DNA of 64,000 nt from Amoebidium appalachense (Eukaryota; Protista; Ichthyosporea): the NCBI GenBank assembly GCA_963693365.1, contig CAVNZM010000005.1, forward strand, positions 4,285,167 through 4,349,166. Direction: 5' to 3'. Below, piece by piece: positions 33,907-64,000 of the stretch (its first letter is position 1; each line of letters begins with the position of its first letter). The notes below the pieces were generated by a model. The model ran no database searches, was not told the origin of the DNA, and worked only from the letters and a program-made list of their open reading frames with translations. Both the position numbers and the translations under genes were made by a program.

Positions 33907-34538
33907 AGAGAGAGAGAGAGAGAGAGAGCGAGACTGAACCACACACTCCCACACACACATCCACAGGCCAACACACACATGCACCCCATGCAATGTGTAC
34001 CTCTGCAGGTGCTGCCCGTCCCCTAGAGCTGCCACCTCTTCGTGGATCTGTAACCCAGCCACCATCAGTCAGATAGTGTGCACGTGCTTGTACACTATTG
34101 GCTGCAGGCGTCCCTACTGATGCCCAATATAAATTACCCTGGCACAAAGTTATGGATGTCTATTTCCTAGCAGGAAGTTCTTAGATTCATATGCGCACAT
34201 CTCTGTGTGCACAATAAAGTGCACACAGTGCTTGCACTGTCTTTCTGCACCAATCGCGCAAGGCAGGTCTTTGAAATGCGATTTGTTGGCAGTTCGACTC
34301 TTAACAGTTTATTTCTTAGCGAAGCAAACAATTACCAAATAGATCTCCGTGGCCGGCCAATCATGTGACTACAAAGCTGATTCGTGCAGGAAGTCAGTGC
34401 GGGTCATTTAACTGTGCGCACTTGTATATGTTCAGGCAAATGGGTGCCTGCTCGGATGTATGTATCTGTGCCTGTGTGCATGTGTGTGTGTGTGTAGTGT
34501 GTAAGTGTGCGTGTGTGTGTGTGCTTTTGTCCTCCGGT

Positions 34539-34627
<89 letters not shown>

Positions 34628-34945
34628 CAGGTGCAAGACAACTTAAAGGATAGGCTGGTCAATTCCTCCCAAGTGACGTACCAGCACACACGACCAAGCT
34701 GTACGCAGGAAACACGTACACAACAGGCACAGCAGGCATGCAGGAGAACACACAGACATGTACGGGGCCACCTCCACACACATACAGGCAACCATATACA
34801 GGTTAGACAAGCAGGCATGCAGGCAAAGACGTGCAGGCTTATAATCAATGTGTAGGCATACACAGCCATGGAGCCTGACAGACACATACTCGCATGCAGC
34901 CCCCCCCCCCCCCCCCCCTCCTTCCCCCCCCCCCCCCCCCCCGTC

Positions 34946-34981
<36 letters not shown>

Positions 34982-35083
34982 CACACACACGCACGCGCAC
35001 GTGCAGCCCTCCCCCCCCCCCCCATTCACACACACACGCGCGCGCAAACGTGCGCGCGCGCACACGCACACACACACACACAG

Positions 35084-35114
<31 letters not shown>

Positions 35115-36524
35115 CATACCTGACAGCAGGTGAGGGCTGCTTTTAATCACCCCGTCCAACATGTTATATTCGTCCAGAAAATCCGTGCTGGGGGGGGCAG
35201 GTGACACAGGTGTGTGGGGCCTAGGGCTAGGGGGGCTTTGTGTCTGACTGTGGTGATCGTCCAGACTGTGCGTGCTGTTGAAGGTCAGTGGCCGTATGCC
35301 CTCCCTAATCACGTGGTCTGTGCTGGGTGTTACGTGTTCACCCTGATAGCTGGCCCGCTTGTGGCGTTCCAAATCCTCCGTGCTTGCCTCCTGCACGTCA
35401 CTGAGCCGCCCCAAACTGTAGTCTAGGTGCTGGGGGAGGAGAGAATGTGAGGACCACTAACACAGGCAAAGTGGACCCAACCTAAGGCTTACCGCCGCGA
35501 GGTGGGGAAATGGGGAAAGGGGGGAAGTGGAGGCGGAGAGGATGGGGTGGGTTGGATTTTTTTTGGGGGGGAGGGGGAGGGGGAGGGGGGGGGGCGCGGG
35601 CAGGAGAGGGGGGCAAGAACGTACTGTCACAGGCCCAACATCAAGATTCTCCTGCCGGTGGGGGGGGTTAGACACACGCGTGCAAACACACGTACAAACA
35701 CACGTGCAAGCAGTACCTGGGGCTGGGCCCTCAAGTGGGCATAGGGGTCGTAGGGCACATACAGCTGCTGCTGCTGCTGCTCGAGCAGGTGGCCTTGGGG
35801 GTACAGCCCCCCAGAATCAGTGCCGGTCAGCGACTTGTGCCTTTTTGGCTTCTTGCCTGTCCCTACATAGAGAATTAGTGTCCCCCATGCACAAGAGAAG
35901 ACACGTGCTCATGGACACATGACCACACACAAGGATTTATTTCAAGGCTACCTATAAATATAGTTAACGAGATGTACCACGTAAGGGGACGACACAGGTG
36001 TGTGCTACCCGCAGGAAAGAAGACACGTGCTCATGGACACATGACCACACACAAGGATTTATTGCGGGGTCTACCTATAAATATAGTTAACGAGACGTAC
36101 CACGTAAAGGGACGACACAGGTGTGTGCTACCCGCAGGAAAAAAGAAACACGTGTGTATACCCACGGCACGGTCATGAGGACATGCACAGACACGTGCAC
36201 AAACAAGCGGACACACATACTAAGACACCCACACACACACACTCACCCCGCGACTTCACATCCACGCACGCCGGTGTATACAGAAATAAGTACACACGAG
36301 CATGATTCCACAAACGCACTCGCACCCTCTGGAACATAAGCTAATAACAACCAAGTTATTCTAGTGAGCATCTCGAACGTAGACACGTAGTTAGAATAGT
36401 ACGTACAAAGACCGTAGCAAACAACTGTTCGCACGTAGTGCGGATGCACCCACCCACCACATAGGGCTGCACATAAACACACGCACATGCACCCACGCAA
36501 GCACGAGTAAGCACACCTACACAC

Positions 36525-36608
<84 letters not shown>

Positions 36609-36719
36609 GCACACACACACACACTTGTCCACCACACGGACAAGAACATGTGACTTACGCTCTTCGACGGTGTCCAAGGCATCGTCTATTCGGTCTAATA
36701 CGTTTGCCAGCCACTTCAT
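25395..36719 (-). CDS. Long coiled-coil protein, golgin-like, >=17 exons (3' end and one internal junction unresolved)
   Basis: Starts [20 protein letters not shown] (36719-36659). Exons about 35862-35717, 35429-35120, 34047-34001, ~32951-32450, 32137-32094, 31934-31859, 31427-31319, 30716-30460, 30043-29924, 29433-29314, 28825-28652, 28183-28064, 27539-26919, 26096-26004, 25739-25673, 25459-25395. E/Q/L/A heptads throughout. Phase around the 34 kb exon did not reconcile. Confidence 0.7.
26380..26830. repeat. ~30-bp intronic minisatellite
   Basis: Repeated CCACCTT(T)GTAT(C)ATATGTGCCTGTGTA(T/A)GCCC. Confidence 0.9.
35896..36152. repeat. ~122-bp tandem duplication in an intron
   Basis: AGAAGACACGTGCTCATGGACACATGACCACACACAAGGATTTATT...GCTACCCGCAGGAAA at 35896 and 36018. 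Confidence 0.9.
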
Positions 36720-37287
36720 CTTGCACCCACGCCTGTGCGTGTGCTCAGGCCTGACACGTGGTGGCCGTTACGCCTCGGGCATTTATGAAAGTAAGACAGA
36801 GAATGAACGATGGGTGGTGTCCGATGTTGGTCGTTCGCAGGAAATGCCCCGGTGGGCCCACACTCGAAGTATGTGCGAATCACTGACTATTTGCCTGACA
36901 GTATCGGGCACGCTTTCAGCTGAGCTGTTACGCGTGATGGTGTATCAAAAGAGTAGCGTGTCACCTGCAGGAGAACCTGACAGAGCTTATTCGGTGGGTG
37001 TGTGCATTAAAGGCAGTGCTTGAACTTGCAATTCGTGTGTCTCGCGGTGCACCAAATGATGTGATTGGGCTTGAACTATATCTTTAAGAGTTATAGAGGG
37101 TCAACATGTGCAAGCTCGCAGCTTTTCTGTCTCTGAGCTACTCTCTATTTCTGTTACTTTATCCATGCAAACCTTTATGAAAACTTGTCACAAGGTTTCA
37201 CTTCCCCACACCTGTTATGTCACTATGTGAACCGTTGCAGGCTGCGAACGAAGAGGTATGTGGTCTTGCAGAGTGTTGCGCGTTGTC

Positions 37288-37308
37288 ATTGGCTGAGCCG
37301 TAGCCAAT
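37288..37308. promoter_or_regulatory. Inverted pair of CCAAT boxes in the divergent intergenic region
   Basis: ATTGGCT-gagccgt-AGCCAAT between the divergent starts at 36719 (-) and 37552 (+). Confidence 0.45.
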
Positions 37309-37551
37309 CAACGTTACGTCCATAAACTTTATCGCGTTGGAATGTGCCTAAGATCCTGGGCGGGCCATGGGCCGTGCCGAGTGACCGAGTCCGAGTTGCC
37401 CAGAGGCTCCTGGGCCGGGTCGAGCCATTGTTCGCACACACCCGTACCAAGTTGCTGTCCGCACAGGCCTTCAAGTTTAGCAAAACAAAACTGTGGCTTT
37501 TCGTTGCGCACATATACAGGAAATTAGGCAACATGAGGGATAGGTGGTGGC

Positions 37552-44951
<7,400 letters not shown>

Positions 44952-45875
44952 TGGTGTTGGTGGGGGCAAGGATTGCTGGGTGGGAGAGAGAGGAGGGAAG
45001 GCGTGGTGGAAGGTTGGTGAATTCCTTTAGGGGGTCGAGGGTGGAGGGTTGTGGCAAGGCCATCCAAGACTCGGTGTAGTGTTGTTCTCAAGCTTGATTT
45101 AGTGACCACTTTCATGTTTGTAAAAGTTTGTCTTTGAATTACATGCAGTCTTTGTTAGTAAGCTGCGCAATTAAATAGGCCCACAGTGGTCACTCAATAT
45201 CCCTCAGTATCCTGAAGTACACGTACAGTGTACCCTCAGCTGACCAGGTGGCCCCGTGGCACACGTACACCCGGCCAGAACCACATGTATGGGCCCGGAA
45301 CTGGCCCACTGATATGATATTTGATCTGCGGCCTGGCTGGTGCCAGGCATGCTCGCCGGCACAAGCTCCGACAGTGCTCGGCAGTGCTGGGAAAATGCAT
45401 CAGCTGAACTTTTGGAACCGCATAATACTCCTCACCGTACACGTGTCACCTTTGCTTGGAAGAAAGACGTCTCCGGATCCCGTACGTACGTGGCAGCACC
45501 ACGTCCGCCTACGTGCACCTGACCATGTGGCGCCGGCCAGGCCGGCGCCCAGACTGGCCAGCTCCAGTGGTTTGTTTACATTCCAACGGGTGCTCATGCA
45601 GCCAATCAAGTTTGTGCTGCCATGCGCATTACGTCATCGCTCTGAAACGGTGGCCCCCCCCGCGCCGGGCCGGGGCCCACGGCAACCCCGGGCCGCCGCC
45701 CGAAGCTTTTAATTTTCAAAGTTTTTTTCGGAGCCTCACTTCCCAAGCCTACGCCCACACTCACTTGCATGGTCGCTGACAAGTATAGTCCCGGCTCTAA
45801 GTGATTAGCTTAGTATATAAGTAACAGCACATATCACACATACACACCTTGCCAATAGACATCCACCCCACCGCT

Positions 45876-57089
<11,214 letters not shown>

Positions 57090-57500
57090 GCCCACAAATA
57101 AACAGCCAACACCTTGGCCCAGCCAGTGGCAGCCTTTTACATATATATTCTTGTGCTGCTGTCCCCCCCCCATGCGTACTTCGTACCGTGTTCCGCATCC
57201 AAGCCCCCCATTCTTCTTTCAGAGGTGTCCTTTCAGGACAGACCACTGTGTGGCGACCGCTTTACTTCCATGCAACCGGGCATGGTTGCTCTGTGTCGTG
57301 CATCTGTAAGCACATACGCATTTTCCGCTGCACTGCATTGGTTTGCACACACATATTCGTTTTGCTCACCTTGCTTGCATAAGCAACCCTGCTTGTCTTT
57401 GATCAAGACGGGTTGACCCTCCCAAGTTCAGTTGATGCTGCTGTCTGAGTTGGAGGGTCGTATATACGCGGGCTAAGGGGTCGAAACTCAGACGCAATTG

Positions 57501-57638
57501 ATGACTTGGGCCCTCCTTAAGGATGGGCTCTGCTTATGACGCATACTGTGCGCATGGCTGATGTTGGTTGCATACTTGAATGTTTGCCTTTGCATGTGTC
57601 CTTCGTGTATGCGTACTTCGTACCGTGTTCCGCATTCC

Positions 57639-57640
<2 letters not shown>
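57501..57640 (+). mobile_element. Copy of dispersed poly(C)-tailed repeat family
   Basis: ATGACTTGGGCCCTCCTTAAGGATGGGCTCTGCTTATGACGCATACTGTGC...GTACCGTGTTCCGCATTCCAA-Cn. Confidence 0.8.
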
Positions 57641-57680
<40 letters not shown>

Positions 57681-57726
57681 CCCTCCCTCCCTCCCCCCAC
57701 AAAAAAAAAAAAAAGAAAAAAAAAAC

Positions 57727-57773
<47 letters not shown>

Positions 57774-58384
57774 GGCATGAACTCAGCATTACTGAATGCT
57801 GGCAGCTTAACGATGAGCTAATGGTACTGTACTCCAAACAATGCGGATGATTTCAGGGGCTTGTACATGGGGACATCGTACATTTTCAATGATATTTTAT
57901 TAGTGCCATAATGTATGTGGACCACAATTAAGGGTGCCAGCATGTGTGGGAATCACATTTCATTGCGCCACCATGTTATTAATAATTCAACACTGGTTAA
58001 CACTGGTACTATTTATGTATTCAGAGCCGCAAAGCATGGGCCGACCTTCAGTTCATATTCATTCACCTATCATTGGCTATATTCAGCAACTTCACCCGCA
58101 TGCATTCATACCATAATCATCCATATACTTATAACATCAGAGCTGTCACCAGGTACTAGGCGCACCGTACTGACTTTAACCTTGTTATCACCGTCACAAG
58201 CCAGCTAGACGAAGGGTCGCCTACAGTCTGCGTACCATAACATAGGCTGCACACTCTTTACAGCTGAACACAACCTCGGTGTAGAGCGGGCCATGTGTGG
58301 GTGTATAACTATGTGCACGTGAGAAGATGCATGCTATCTGGAATCGTGGCCAAAAAAGGTAGTCCATAAAAAAAAAAAAAAGGA

Positions 58385-64000
<5,616 letters not shown>

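Overview
Eukaryotic genomic DNA in three parts. (1) 1-~8.8 kb: a gene-dense, intronless block resembling an endogenised large DNA virus (NCLDV-like). It holds a D5/SF3-type helicase C-terminus, a 6-finger C2H2 protein, a tandem double-MYND protein, a protein with a duplicated algal-virus-type N-terminal domain plus T5orf172, small membrane/Cys-rich ORFans and a 60-bp palindromic tandem array. (2) ~8.8-18.6 kb: a repeat-saturated zone with a 7-exon, minus-strand KDM4-like JmjN/JmjC histone demethylase (all Fe, 2-OG and Zn ligands intact, with an unknown 243-aa N-terminal region). The zone also has a divergent coiled-coil ORF, nested minisatellites and inverted repeats at the apparent boundary. 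(3) ~19-64 kb: ordinary host genes: an intronless YrhK-like membrane protein, an SDR16C-like dehydrogenase, a golgin-like coiled-coil gene with four tandem duplicated exons, CCDC47, prolyl oligopeptidase (22 exons) and a truncated multipass membrane gene. Their introns are full of (CA)n, (GA)n and poly-G/C tracts and carry a dispersed ~125-bp poly(C)-tailed repeat family. Most long ORFs in the supplied track past 9 kb are microsatellite artefacts. Gene models were spliced by hand from GT-AG sites and reading frame; family calls rest on motif recognition, not database searches. The host is not determinable; the style fits a unicellular opisthokont such as an ichthyosporean (inference).
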